NCBI RefSeq assembly: GCF_009914755.1
Contig: NC_060936.1
Origin: the human T2T-CHM13v2.0 reference genome, Homo sapiens
Reading direction: 5' to 3' (one strand)
Length of the DNA stretch: 64,000 nucleotides
The notes under the pieces: generated by a model
What the model was told of the DNA's origin: nothing
Seen by the model: the letters and a program-made list of their open reading frames with translations, nothing else
The model's database searches: none
Part shown: positions 17,879 through 32,139 of the stretch, one piece after another
Numbering within the stretch: position 1 is the first letter of the stretch
How the letters are laid out: each line of letters starts with the position of its first letter
Translations under genes and position numbers: made by a program

Positions 17879-18255
17879 TGTATTAGTCTGTTCTCACACT
17901 GCTATGAAGAAATAGCTAAGACTGGGCAATTTATAATGGAAAGAAGTTTAAGTGACTCACAGTTCAGCATGACTGGGGAGGCCTCAGGAAACTTACAGTC
18001 ATGGCAAAAAGGGAACCAAACACCTCCTTCTTCACATGGCAGCAGCAAGGAAAAGTATGAGTGCCCATTGAAGGGGCGAGCCCCTTATAAAACTATCAGA
18101 TCTTGTGAGACCTAACTCACTATCATGAGAACAGGATGGGGGAAACCACACCCATGATTCAATTATCTCTTCCTGGTCCCTCCCATGACATATGGGGATT
18201 ATGGGAACTACAATTCAAGATGAGATTTGGGTGGGGACACAGCCAAACCATATTG
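17879..18255 (-). mobile_element. THE1D-like MaLR solo LTR
   Basis: tgtattagtctgttctcac...tgggtggggacacagccaaaccata; 5-bp TSD gcctt/gcctc. Confidence 0.92.
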
Positions 18256-18760
18256 GCCTCCAAACAGAATATGTATAACTATATGTATAACTAGCTTTCC
18301 TTGTAACGATCCCTAAAAAATGACTTTTTCTTTGGAAGTTTTATTGAGAAATTTTTTAAAGGTAAGTGTTTCACAGTATGTAATTTTAAGACTAAAATTA
18401 TAGCCATGGTTTATATTTGGGGCCCCAATTGTCCAACTATACATGCATGGGAACAGATACAAAACAATTTTAAAATATCTTACTCCTATTTCATGCACAT
18501 TGAATACATTTATAAGACTAATTTGGCACATTAGTATGAATGGGTCAGTCCATATTCTCAGCTTTGTAGTAGCACTCAAAATCCTGTTTGTGTTTCATAA
18601 CTTGATAAATACTCCAAAATTTCTCTGGATTAAGCCAGGCTACCAGAGAGAGTTGCACATGAACGGTATACTTACAATCTCTGAAGACATAGTTTTAATA
18701 AAACATATTTGAGAATTATTCCACCTACGTACTCAGAGTGACGTTGTAAGAATGGGAAAT

Positions 18761-19042
18761 TTTTTTTTTTGGATTTTTTTAATTTTTATTTTTTATTATA
18801 CTTTAAGTTTTAGGGTACATGTGCACAACGTGCAGGTTTGTTACATATGTATACATGTGCCATGTTGGTGTGCTGCACCCATTAACTTGTCATTTAGCAT
18901 TAGGTATATCTCCTAATGCTATCCCTCCCCCCTCCCCCCACCCCACAACAGGCCCCGGTGTGTGACGTTCCGCTTCCTGTGTCCATGTGTTCTCATTGTT
19001 CAGTTCCCACCTATGAGTGAGAACATGGGGTGTTTGGTTTTT
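18761..19042 (-). mobile_element. L1PA4-like 3' end
   Basis: Poly-T plus 3'UTR with gtgcacaacgtgcaggtttg and caggccccggtgtgtg. Confidence 0.92.
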
Positions 19043-19090
19043 AAAATAAATTTTTTTTCCCATCCCAAAAAATCAGAATGGGAAAAAATT

Positions 19091-19404
19091 TTTATTTTTA
19101 TTTATTTATTTATTTTTTATGAGATGGAGTCTCACTCTGTCGCCCGGGCTGGAGTGCAGTGGCGCGATCTGGGCTCACTGCAAGCTCCGCCTCCCGGGTT
19201 CATGCCATTCTCCTGCCTCAGCCTCCTGAGTAGCTGGGGCTGCAGGCGCCTGCCACTACGCCCGGCTAATTTTTTGTTGTATTTTTAGTAGAGACGAGGT
19301 TCCACCGTGTTAGCCAGGATGGTCTGGATCTCGTGACCTCGTGATCCGCCCGCCTTGGCCTCCCAAAGTGCTGGGATTACAGGCCTGAGCCACCGCACCC
19401 GGCC
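19091..19404 (-). mobile_element. AluY
   Basis: caagctccgcctcccgggttcatgccattc; TSD agaatgggaaaaa on both sides. Confidence 0.95.
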
Positions 19405-22065
19405 AAGAATGGGAAAAATTAAACATACTTAGTATTTACTGTGTATGGATGTTGTCGAGGACATTGCTTATTAAATTATGGTACCCTCTTTATGGGTTTT
19501 TTCAGAAGAAATGTATCTTTGGTTTCAGTATCAGAGATTATTGTATTTTTGTTCATTTAATTTATCTTTATTTGCGATAACAAAGATTTACTATCTTGCT
19601 TTTCCCTTTATTTTATTTATTTGTTATAAAGAGCCAAATTTATAATTTACTTCTAGGAAGTCTACAGTGTGTATTTTGTCAGTTAATCTAATTCCTGGGT
19701 TCATTCCATTTGTTTTACCCCTATTTTCTCTGTGCTCAATATACCATCACATCCTGTCAATATTTCTTTACATTTTTCTTTAGCTCTACTCCTAATTATT
19801 TTTAACCTACCAGATCATTGTAATCTATGTTGTGCTTTATATGTAAAATATCGAACAAGTTTTTATCAAACTTGCCTATTCCTAATAACAAGTGATATGA
19901 AGGCTCAGACTTTTAAGTTTATATGTCACTAATTAATCTCTGTCTGTTGTTTCTCTGTCACCTACTGTAGTCACCTAAACTGCTTTCAAACTTTCACTGC
20001 CTTTCAATAACACCAAACCTGATAATCCCCCACACTTTTTTCTTATGACTGCCTTACACTATTTTCCTTCAGCCTAAGATTTTTCCCAGCCCTTGACAAA
20101 CATTTTGTTGCCACTTATGTATCTCTCCCCGTACTCAACCCACTGAATCCTTTTTCTTTCACATCTTTACTAATCCTCAGTTGTTCCTTCAAATTAGAGC
20201 TCCCAGATCTTCTTCTCTGTCCTGTTGCATTTACCTCTTTGTAGTTATTTCTATTAACTAAAATATTTTTCATCTATGTATGAAAAGGTTCTTATACATT
20301 GACTTGTATCCTGCCCACATCATTCAATGTGAATGTTCAATAAATGCTATTGATTAAATTCAAGCTAGTGCAAAATTTGTAGCTGGTATGCTGAAATATG
20401 CTTTGAACTTAACTTTGAAGGTATTTCCATTTTTGTATTGATCCATACTATATTAATGTTAGCAAATTTTACTTTGTGTATGTTTAAATTATCTATCTGT
20501 ATGTTGTGTTTCTAAAAGGATAGTAGATTATTTAAAATTTCTAGAGACAAAAATATTCTTAAACTTGGGAAGATTGGGTTGATAATTTTGTATGTTTTAT
20601 AAATATAATTCACAAATATAACTTTTCAGACATCTGTTTTGCTTAAAAGAGAGTACATCTGTTCCTGAAAAATAAAAATATATAGTCATAAATAAACAAT
20701 TTAAACTTGGTCATCCAACTTAGTGTACTTATCCAGGTCAATGAGAAGTCAATACAAAACTACCTTCACAATCCTATCAGGAGAGTTTGGCAATTTCTAA
20801 TAACTGATATTCAGAAGTTTATAGAATAATTACATTTTATACATGTATTCATCTTCTAAGTAGAATTTACTGGTCAGTAAAAACTCTCATGCATTTAAAC
20901 CTATAACAAATTCTTGCTTATTTAGATCTACAGACCCTAATTTCAACCATGATGAAAGTATTTTAGTGATAAGAATAATTTATGAATAAAAATGTAATTT
21001 AGTGAATACCTTGGCAGTTAATGTTGATCGCTTCATCACAGTTCAGTCATGTTTAGAAAATCTAAGCAAGCTGTGTGATTACTCCAGGAAGCATGGAATG
21101 ATGTGTTCAAATTAGTACCATCTGTGGATAGAAAAAGTTTGAGGTTTTTAGTCATTCTTAAAGAATGGAAATCTGATTCTCCATGCTGAAATGAGTGTAA
21201 TCCTTTTTCTATCTGTAATTCAATAGGGCAGTTGCCTTGAAATAGTCTAGTTCAGCACACAGTTCATCAAAGAGAAGATACTGGATATAAATGAGGGTTA
21301 CTGCTGGTCACTTATGAATACTTCTGAGGTAGCCTTGTTTAAAAAATTGTCTACAAGTTATACCATATATTTCACCTCAGATCAGATTCATTTTTGGTTT
21401 ATCTTTCTAAATACATTTGAGTGAAAATGTGGACTAGATTTTGTACCACATGAAAACAAAAGGCTGTTTCAATGAACCATCATTTATTTCCACAGTCAAC
21501 AAACACTTATGAGTGCCAGTATGTTCCAGTGTCCCATCACTGTGCCTGTCACATAATAGGAGGCTGAAATTGTCATTATGTTTCCTATAGCCAGGTTACA
21601 AATAACTCTTGCCTGGATTTAGTGGTTTTTCTTTTTAAGACCTTTTCTTCTCTGAAAGCTTAATTGGAGAATACTAGAGTCTGTGAACGAATATTGATCT
21701 GCTGAAAATTTTTACTGTGTAGCAAAATTTGCTAGTAACAAACACCAGCTATCCTAAAATCTGAACATTGGAGGAAAAAATAGTTGATCATAGAGGCATG
21801 GGCATCTAGTCATCCCTCCAGATGGGATTAGCAAAGGGCAGCCTCTTCTGCCTTCTCTAGTTCATTAGCTAGTGAATATTTCCCTCTCATTTCCAGTGGT
21901 TTAGCAAACTCTAGGGAGAGAAAATTGAAACATGGGAAAGGTAACTGGTAGTAGATCTAAAAAAGAATAAATAAAAGAAGGAAAGCATTTGTACACTGAT
22001 TCTTATGAGGAAAGAGTAGAGTGTAAGATTTTAATGAAAACAAAAGTCAATATAAAAATTTTCAA

Positions 22066-22900
<835 letters not shown>

Positions 22901-23079
22901 ACTCCATACAACTCCAAACACTGAAGAAAAAGGCAAAATATATCCAAAGCATATATATAGTGACCCTAAATCCCAGTTTCCAGGGCAGTCTGGGTTTATG
23001 CTTGCTGTGCTGGCATTTCATCCAATAGACATTGCCTTTTACTCTCAAAAGTGACCTGTCTGTATAACAAATAATTTGC

Positions 23080-23437
23080 TGCAATGGAGTGAATGTTTAT
23101 TTCCCCCCTAGAATCATATGTTGTAGTCCTAACTCCCTGTGTGATGCTATTAGAAGGTGAGGCCTTTCAGAGGTAATTAGGTCATTAGGGTAGAACCCTC
23201 ATGAATGGGATTAATGCCCTTATAAAAAGAATGCAGAGAGCTCTTTTGCCCTCTTTCTGCTATACAAGGACACAATAAGAAGCCAGCAGTCTGGAACCAG
23301 GAGGCTGGTTCTCACCAGAAACCTGCCATGCTGGCACCCTCATCTGACTTTCAGTTCCAGAACGTTGAGAAATAAATTTCTGTTGTTTGTAAATCACTCA
23401 GTCTATAGTAACTTGCTACAGCAGCCAAACTAAGACA
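23080..23437 (+). mobile_element. MLT1A-like solo LTR
   Basis: tgcaatggagtgaatgttt...aataaatttctgttgttt...gcagccaaactaagaca. Confidence 0.88.
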
Positions 23438-23527
23438 GTCACTCTAGATATATTCTTTGGAAGTGAGAGAAGGGACTGGGAGGAAGAAGAGAGTCGGATA
23501 TGAGGTTAGATGAAAAGAAAGGGAAGG

Positions 23528-23605
23528 CTGCACTCCAGCCTGTGCAACAGAGTGAGACCTTGTCAAAACAAAACAAAAACAAAAACAAAAACAAAACAAA
23601 AAAAA
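23528..23605 (+). mobile_element. Alu 3' fragment with (CAAAAA)n tail
   Basis: ctgcactccagcctgtgcaacagagtgagacc plus tail. Confidence 0.85.
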
Positions 23606-24353
23606 CTTTTCAAGTATATCACTGTGCTTCAGATAAAGCTAAAAGTCATATATTTGGTTTAAGGACTCAGTTTAATGTGATTCCACTTACATTGCCTACT
23701 TCGCCCCTTCCCATTCATCTCCTTGTAGACCCAGCAGCCTTCATTAAGTGTTTTCAATGTGTGACACTCTTCTTCTTCAGGGTCTTAACACCTTCACACA
23801 TCCTGATATTTTTTATCTGTGAAGCTTCTTCTTATCCTTCAGGTCTCTAATTAAATTATCCTTCACCAGGAAAGCCAAATAAAGTCCCCTGTTATACCCT
23901 CGATTCATTTGCTCACACATTCAAAAAACATTTATTGAATCACCATTTTGTTTCATTCAGTAGTCTAGACTCTGAGAGAGAAAATCTGTTATGTACATTG
24001 ACATTTTATGTGTTTATAACCTACAAATAAACATCTATTTTTGAGTGATTTTTTTCAATATTTTTATTGAGATGGATGCGGAAGCAAAATCTTTTTGAAT
24101 CTTTTATATATAATGTTGGGGTGATGTGGAGGTGAAAGTAGATTAGGCCTCTTTGGAGTGGGTTTTCAGTGCAGAGCTGAGATTTATAGGAAAGTAAATA
24201 TCAGTTCAAAATAATGCAGGCTATACAAACTAATAGAGCTATCTGAAAATGAATTTTAAAATAAACTACCCTTGAGATGTTGAGTTTCCCTTGCTCTATG
24301 TATGTAAGCAGAGGCTGGGTAAGTAGTGATTGCTCATTTTGTAGGGGGAGGTT

Positions 24354-24965
24354 TGTATTGGTCTTCTATTGCTGTGTAACAAATTATCACAAACTTAGTG
24401 GCTTAAAACAATACCCATTTATTAGCTCATAGTTCTATAGGTCAGAAGTCCAGGCGTGTTGTGCCTAGGTTTTCTACTTATTCTCACAAGCTGAAGTCAA
24501 CTTGTCAGTCAACATTTTCTTGTGTAACTCAGGGTCCTCTTTCAGGTTCACGTGGTTGTGGTAGAATTTAGTTCCTTGCAGTCACAGGATTGAGAGCCCC
24601 TTCCCTGGCTGGCTTTTAGCTAAGGGCTTCTCTCAGCTCCCAAAGATGTTCTGTGTTCCTTATCATGCAGCTCCCTCCTTCTTGAGAGCCAACAATAGAG
24701 AAATTTTTGTACGTTGAATCCATCTCTTTAAAGCTTTGACTTCCTTTTCTGAAAACGGCCAAAAATACTATCCTCCTTTTAGAGGGCTCAGGTTATAAGG
24801 TCAGGTCCACTGGATAGCTCTCTATTTTAAAGTAAACTGATTAAGATTCTTAGTTACAGCAGCAACATAGCTTTCCATCTGTACCTAGATCAGTGTTTGG
24901 TTGAGTAAGTGGAAGAATCTGTTTTTGTACAGGGACCGGGAATCTTGAGGGATATCTGCAGACAC
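24354..24965 (-). mobile_element. Old MaLR LTR (MLT1F/G-like)
   Basis: tattgctgtgtaacaaattatcacaaacttagtggcttaaaacaa...gttctataggtcagaagtcc. Confidence 0.8.
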
Positions 24966-26438
24966 AAAGGTCAGACAAAGAGACAAGATGACCAAGATGA
25001 TCTCTCAATTTCAAATTCTGAGATTACGTGATTTTTCTCATTTATTTGCCTGTTCTTATGGATTCAGTCGCCAAAATATATCTTAAAAACTGACTTCTGT
25101 ACTGTTGCTATCACCTAATTTCGTCTTTCCTGGACAAATCAAGTAGTCTCTGAATTTCTCCCTTTTCCTGTTTTGCAATTACCAGACTGTAGTTGATAAA
25201 ATGTACCTCTGGACATACTGTGACATTTTTTATAGCTTTCAATTGCCTGACAAGCTATCTATAGTTTCCTCTGACACAGTAAGTCCCCAAGCTATTGTGC
25301 AGTCTTGCTGTTTGTTATTGCCGACATGAATTACAAGCTGCAATTAAACTTGTCTTAGCTCACATCACCCTCTCTTCCATGATCTCCACTTTTACAATCA
25401 GTGAAATTCCATCTCATGTGCCATCTCTTCTCTAAAAACATTTTCTGAACACCCACGTCAATCAAATACATCTGATTTATATTAGAATATTTTGAAAATG
25501 TATCTTATGTTCAGATGATCTGAGTTCAAATTTAGTGACTGAGGCATTTGAAAAAATTATGAAAATTCTAAAACTTCTTCCTCTATAAATTTACATTTTT
25601 TTTCCCTAAAGATAGTGTTTTCTCTAATTGCTTTTCTTCATGATAGGTAAAGATAAAACAGAATGTGTTGTAAATAGTGTGCCAGTTTTGGTAAATATAT
25701 ATATATATATAGTAAATAAGCAATAGATCTGTAAATAATTCGATAAAAATTTAAGATGAAATCCAAAATTTTAACTGAAGTCCAGACCTCTCTCTACAGA
25801 ATCCAGACTCAAGCTTCTATCTAGTATTTGATTTCTCCTTCTGGGTGTCTGAGAGGAATTTCAAAGTTAACCTACTCAAAAGAAATTGTTAATCTTCCTC
25901 CCCAAAGCTTACCCCTCTTACGGTCACCCACATCTTGATTAATAGTGACTTCATCTTTTTATTTGCTCAATCCATAAACCTTAGGGCATTTTTTATTCCT
26001 CTCTTTCTCTGATATTTCACATACCACACATCAGCAAACCCTGCCAGCTCTCCTTCACATTATATTCAGGAGCTGAATGTTTCTCTTCACTTCTGCCACT
26101 ACCACCTTGGACCAGGCCACTGTGATCTCTTGTGTTGACATTGCAGTTGCCTGCTAATTACTCTCCAGCCTTGTTACCCTTTAGTCTGTTCTCAACACAG
26201 TAGCTAGAGTGATTCTGTGAAAGAGAGAGCCTGCCACTTCTCTGCTCAAATGAAAGCCATGACAATGTCCTCTAGTGTCATGTACTGGTAGCTTGTACCA
26301 GTCACTCAGTCCTTCTTGTTATTCTCCAAATATACCAGGCATGCCTCCAACTATACAGTTTCCTCTGCTTCAAATTTCTCTTTCTGAAATATTGACATGG
26401 CTAGGTCCCCTACCTACATATGGAATTTAGTATCTTCT

Positions 26439-27295
26439 TTTTCTTTTTTTTTTTATTATTATACTTTAAGTTTTAGGGTACATGTGCACATTGTGCAGGT
26501 TAGTTACATATGTATACATGTGCCATGCTGGTGCGCTGCACCCACTAACTCGTCATCTAGCATTAGGTATATCTCCCAATGCTATCCCTCCCCCCTCCCC
26601 CCACCCCACAACAGTCCCCAGAGTGTGATGTTCCCCTTCCTGTGTCCATGTGATCTCATTGTTCAATTCCCACCTATGAGTGAGAATATGTGGTGTTTGG
26701 TTTTTTTGTTCTTGCGATAGTTTACTGAGAATGATGATTTCCAATTTCACCCATGTCCCTACAAAGGACATGAACTCATCATTTTTTATGGATGCATAGT
26801 ATTCCATGGTGTATATGTGCCACATTTTCTTAATCCAGTCTATCATTGTTGGACATTTGGGTTGGTTCCAAGTCTTTGCTATCGTGAATAATGCCGCAAT
26901 AAACACACAAGAAAAAAACAAACAACCCCATCAAAAAGTGGGCGAAGGACATGAACAGACACTTCTCAAAAGAAGACATTTATGCAGCCAAAAGACACAT
27001 GAAAAAATGCTCATCATCACTGGCCATCAGAGAAATGCAAATCAAAACCACAATGAGATACCATCTCACACCAGTTAGAATGGCAGTCATTAAAAAGTCA
27101 GGAAACAACAGGTGCTGGAGAGGATGTGGAGAAATAGGAACACTTTTACACTGTTGGTGGGACTGTAAACTAGTTCAACCATTGTGGAAGTCAGTGTGGC
27201 GATTCCTCAGGGATCTAGAACTGGAAATACCATTTGACCCAGCCATCCCATTACTGGGTATATACCCAAAGGACTATAAATCATGCTGCTATAAA
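26439..27295 (-). mobile_element. L1PA2-like element with 5' inversion (twin priming)
   Basis: Antisense 26439-26905, sense 26907-27295; perfect 17-bp TSD GGAATTTAGTATCTTCT 26422-26438 and 27296-27312. Confidence 0.95.
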
Positions 27296-27416
27296 GGAAT
27301 TTAGTATCTTCTAATCCCTTCTCTGATTACCTAATTTAAATTTTCAATATCCCTGAAACTCTCCTTCTTCTCATTCTTCTTTTTCTCCGCAACTCTGATC
27401 ATCATCCAAAACACTA

Positions 27417-27747
27417 CAGTTGGCCCTCCAAATCCATGTGTTCTGCATCCGTGGATTCAATCAACTACAGCTGGAAAATATACAAAACCAAAATGTGTCT
27501 GTACCCCACATGCCCAGACTTTTATTTCTTGGCATTAATCTCTAAACAGTACAACAGCTATTTATAGAGCATTTACATTGTGTTAGGTATTGTAAATAAC
27601 CTAGAGATTATTTGAATTATATGAGAAGATGTGTGTAGTTTATATGCAGATACTACACCATTTTATATAAGGAATTTGAACGTCTTCTGATTTTGTTCTC
27701 CGTGGAAGGTCTGGGAGCCAGTACCCTGTGGATACAAAAGGTGACTA
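27417..27747. mobile_element. MER2 (TcMar-Tigger)
   Basis: TA-flanked cagttggccctcc...catccgtggattcaa; agcatttacattgtgttaggtatt core. Confidence 0.85.
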
Positions 27748-28840
27748 TGTACAATACTTATTGATACTTTTATTGTTTACAGCTCCCCTGAATGTAAATT
27801 TTCAGGGGCAGGAATTTTTGTCTGTTTTGTTCATTGTATTTTCAGCACCTATAATCCTACCTGTACATATTAGATGCTCTTAGATATTTATTGAATGTTG
27901 AATTAATATATCTTTAGAGATCAATGAGCTTTCTAAATATTTATTAATTTTCTTATTTTAAAATGTGAATATTAATATACAGTTCGCATTATGTAATTTT
28001 CACATGTCATCATTTTGATTCTCTTTATCTCCATCTTCTTAACAAAGGCCGTTGAAGATATACAAAGAAAGGCATGGTTAAGAAGAGTTCCAATATCACT
28101 TAATTGATTGCTCTTTCTTATTTCTAACCATAACATGTGTATATTACTTGCCCAATAAACTGTCTCTTGAAAACAGGACATGAGCTTTATTGTATCCTGA
28201 ATCCCTAACACCAGGCTCAGAGCCTGACACATGGTATGCATTTGGCAAACCTGTAGTTAGTGTGGAAGCAAATAAATGACTCCAAGCAGGACTACATGTT
28301 AATTCTAAATATACATGAGATAAAATAAAAAAAAATAGATGAATTATATACATTAAAACTGTCAGTAATATTGTTTATTTAAAATTGTTTTATAATCAAC
28401 ATTTACTAGATATAAGATGTGTTTGTGTTTATTTAGACATTTAAATACACAAGTATCTTCCCTTGGAACTGAATATTACAAACTCAAACCATACCTAGGG
28501 AAGTACTTAGGATGATATGAGCATACAGTTTTCCTTTGTAACAGTGAAATAGTTCTATTTGAAGCCAAAGTTTGTTTATATAAGCCACTTATGATTGAAT
28601 TTGGAAGCAAAATCAAGAATTAATAAATTACAATTATTTTGTCCTCTACCCTTTTAAAATGATGGTCCCGGAAGCATCACTCTAAGGTTCTTCTCATTAA
28701 GTGTGGGGATAATTAATCTAAGAGCTATAGTAATTTGACAGATCTCTACTAGCTCCTCCATAATAGAATTCTATTCTTTCTTCTCTTTATGAAGTGTTTG
28801 GTAATTGTAACTGCTTTTAATTTTTCCCTTTAATTTTTAG

Positions 28841-29164
28841 TTCCCAGTGTTCCCACAAATATTGCTTTTTCTGATGTTCAGTCAACTAGTGCAACATTGA
28901 CATGGATAAGACCTGACACTATCCTTGGCTACTTTCAAAATTACAAAATTACCACTCAACTTCGTGCTCAAAAATGCAAAGAATGGGAATCCGAAGAATG
29001 TGTTGAATATCAAAAAATTCAATACCTCTATGAAGCTCACTTAACTGAAGAGACAGTATATGGATTAAAGAAATTTAGATGGTATAGATTCCAAGTGGCT
29101 GCCAGCACCAATGCTGGCTATGGCAATGCTTCAAACTGGATTTCTACAAAAACTCTGCCTGGCC
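28841..29164 (+). CDS. PTPRQ: PTPRQ internal coding exon, one complete FN3 repeat ([12 protein letters not shown]...[11 protein letters not shown])
   Basis: Acceptor taatttttag|TT, donor GGCC|gtgagt; 324 nt, phase 1-1; FN3 hallmarks W...Y...[13 protein letters not shown]; peptide recognised as PTPRQ. Confidence 0.97.
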
Positions 29165-31097
29165 GTGAGTATTGTCCTGACATGTACATACTGATTTCTG
29201 TTATATTCTGTATCTGTCTATATATTATGCTTTATACTTAATCTAATTGTGTGTAAAATCACTGAACATAGAAATAACTGAGGACACTACCATATATAAC
29301 GACATATTTAGTTTTAATTTAGTTGAAACCCAATGAGAAATTCAATGTTAGTCATTATTAGGGCTTTTCTCAAACTCCCAAAGTTGTGCCAAGGTCCTAG
29401 AGTCTCATATTGCAACAGTGCATTGTGGGAAGCTACTCTGATGCGCTACCATTAAACCATACTGATTATTATCTAATGCCCTTGACCCAGGCCCACATTT
29501 TTCCTTCATATTTAGAGGTTCTGTTGCTTTTAAGCCCAACTTTACAACCTTTTCAGTGACTTCAAACTTACACACACACACGTGTGACCACAATAACCCT
29601 GATTGATCTGTCTGCAAGTCGTTTTTCAGCTTGTGTTTTTCAACTGCACAAAATTCTGAGGCAAAGAAATATCAAGCATTCAACTCCCAGCTTGAGATGG
29701 GAAGAAGAAAATACAGAGAAGAAACACAAATACTTGAAATTGTTTTGCCATCTATACATCTTTCAGGACTTTAAGTGCTTTTCCATACAAACCACTAAAT
29801 GTATAGGTAAAGATTGCTCTTGCAACTTAGGTTTTATGTTTATAGCTAACTGGTTGCCCTGCTTGCTTGGAGAATATCATTAACCATAATTAAGTAAAAA
29901 ATGTATATTCCTTATCCTGAACTCTGTTTACATAGAATTGTGATGGTTACTATGCAACATAAATAAGTTGCAAATCAAGTCCTGCAAGCCAGAGCTCTGG
30001 GAAATGGCTGCATTCTCTGAAATGCCATTTCTGCCCCAGCCCTCCAGAGCAAATTTCAGGTTTGCCAGGCCACCCATCCCATATAAATCCTTCAGATATA
30101 GGCCTTATGTTATCATCTTCCTATCTTGACTGAGACTCTTTAAAGGGGATTCCTTTCAAATCCAAATTACATATTCTTAAACATTTTTGATACTTATTAG
30201 TATAGTAACATACCTACACACACACACATAGATTTTCAGTGACAAATACCATGTTAGTACTTATAGATAGTGAAATACACTTTGATCTAGAGGGCTTTAT
30301 TTTCTAGGCCACCAATTGTGTCTCCTGTTACAATTTCCCAGAGTATCTGGCATAATGTCTGTAATAGTAAATGTTCAATAAATGTTTGTTAATATAATTT
30401 GACATTTGAGGTAGAATCCTGACAACTCAGACTTTGACACAATTGTCCAACCTTTTCTCTTTCTGGCACTTTGACACTTGGTTTCTGTAAGATCTACCCT
30501 TCTGTTTTTTCTCCTACCTTCCTGGTAGCTCCGTCTCCGTCCTCTTTGCTGAATTATTCTCAGCAAATAATTGTTTTTTAACTGTAAGCATTGGAGAGAT
30601 GAGAGAGCTGTACTTGGCCCTTTTCTCTTCTTTATCAGCACACAACCCCAAGGAGATTTTACCTTAATTGCTCTTATTCTGGTCTATAGCTTTGAAGTCT
30701 GCTTACATCTTGACTATTCTCAAATACTATTTCCAGTCCTGAATGCTGCCTAGAACTCCAGATCAGAATATCTGCCTGATCAACTAATCACTGGGCTTGT
30801 GTGTTGAATATACTTCTCTATATTAACATGATCAAATACCAAACCTTCTCATATCATTATTTATCTGTTTGCAGCAAATGAAAATCCAGGCACTGTTCCT
30901 TTCCTCCTCAATCCTGCCCATGATTCATTTCAACCACACCATCTAAACAAATTCCTCCATTTGCATTACTATTACATTAGTACAACTCTTCATTACTGCT
31001 CCCACAGCACTAGCCTAACTAGCCTCCTACACTGCCAGACTGGTCTTTTTCAACCTAAAGCAGATGATGTCACTTTCTTGCTTAAAACTATCCAATG

Positions 31098-31483
<386 letters not shown>

Positions 31484-31832
31484 TTACCTTAAACTTTAAC
31501 ATTATTTATAGCCATGTTTCCCCCATACCATTGTCTTCCACTCATACTAGACATTTTTTGTTGCTTACACAAAATAAATTCTTAGAACTTGCATCTTTGT
31601 ATTCCCTGTTTCTTTTGACTAGAATGTTCTTCCACCTCCTTCTTCACATGAGCAGCTTCTTATAACGTAGATCTTTACTTAAATGATCCCTGATCAGAAT
31701 GAATTTCCCTGACCACTCAATCTAAAAATAGTCATGCAGTAATCTTATATAATATCATGTTATTTTAATGAACATTTATAATTACACGATCATTTTTATT
31801 TGCTTGTGTTTAGGATCTGCCTTGATCATTGC

Positions 31833-32139
31833 TTTTTTTTTTTTTTTTTTTTTTTGCGACAGGATCTCATTCTTTCACCCAGGCTGGGGTGCTGGGGCAC
31901 GGTCACAGCTTACTGCAGCCTCGACCTCCTGGGCTCAAGTAATCCTCCCACCTCAGCCTCCTAAGTAGCTAAGACTACAGGCACACGCCACTGTGACCAG
32001 CTAATTTTAAAAACAATTTTGATAGAGATGAGGTCTCACTATATTGCCCAAGCTGGTCTTAAACTCTTGGGCTCAAGTGATCCTCCTGCCGTGGCCTCCC
32101 ACAGTGCTGAGATTTCAGGCATGAGCTACCATCCCACGC
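31833..32139 (-). mobile_element. AluJ
   Basis: Poly-T, cagcctcgacctcctgggctcaag. Confidence 0.92.

Larger units (their letters stand above)
25780..27905 (+). mobile_element. L2 3' region interrupted by L1PA2 and MER2
   Basis: ccagacctctc...tccagactc; terminal ggcaggaatttttgtctgttttgttcattgtat...tttattgaatg. Confidence 0.75.
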
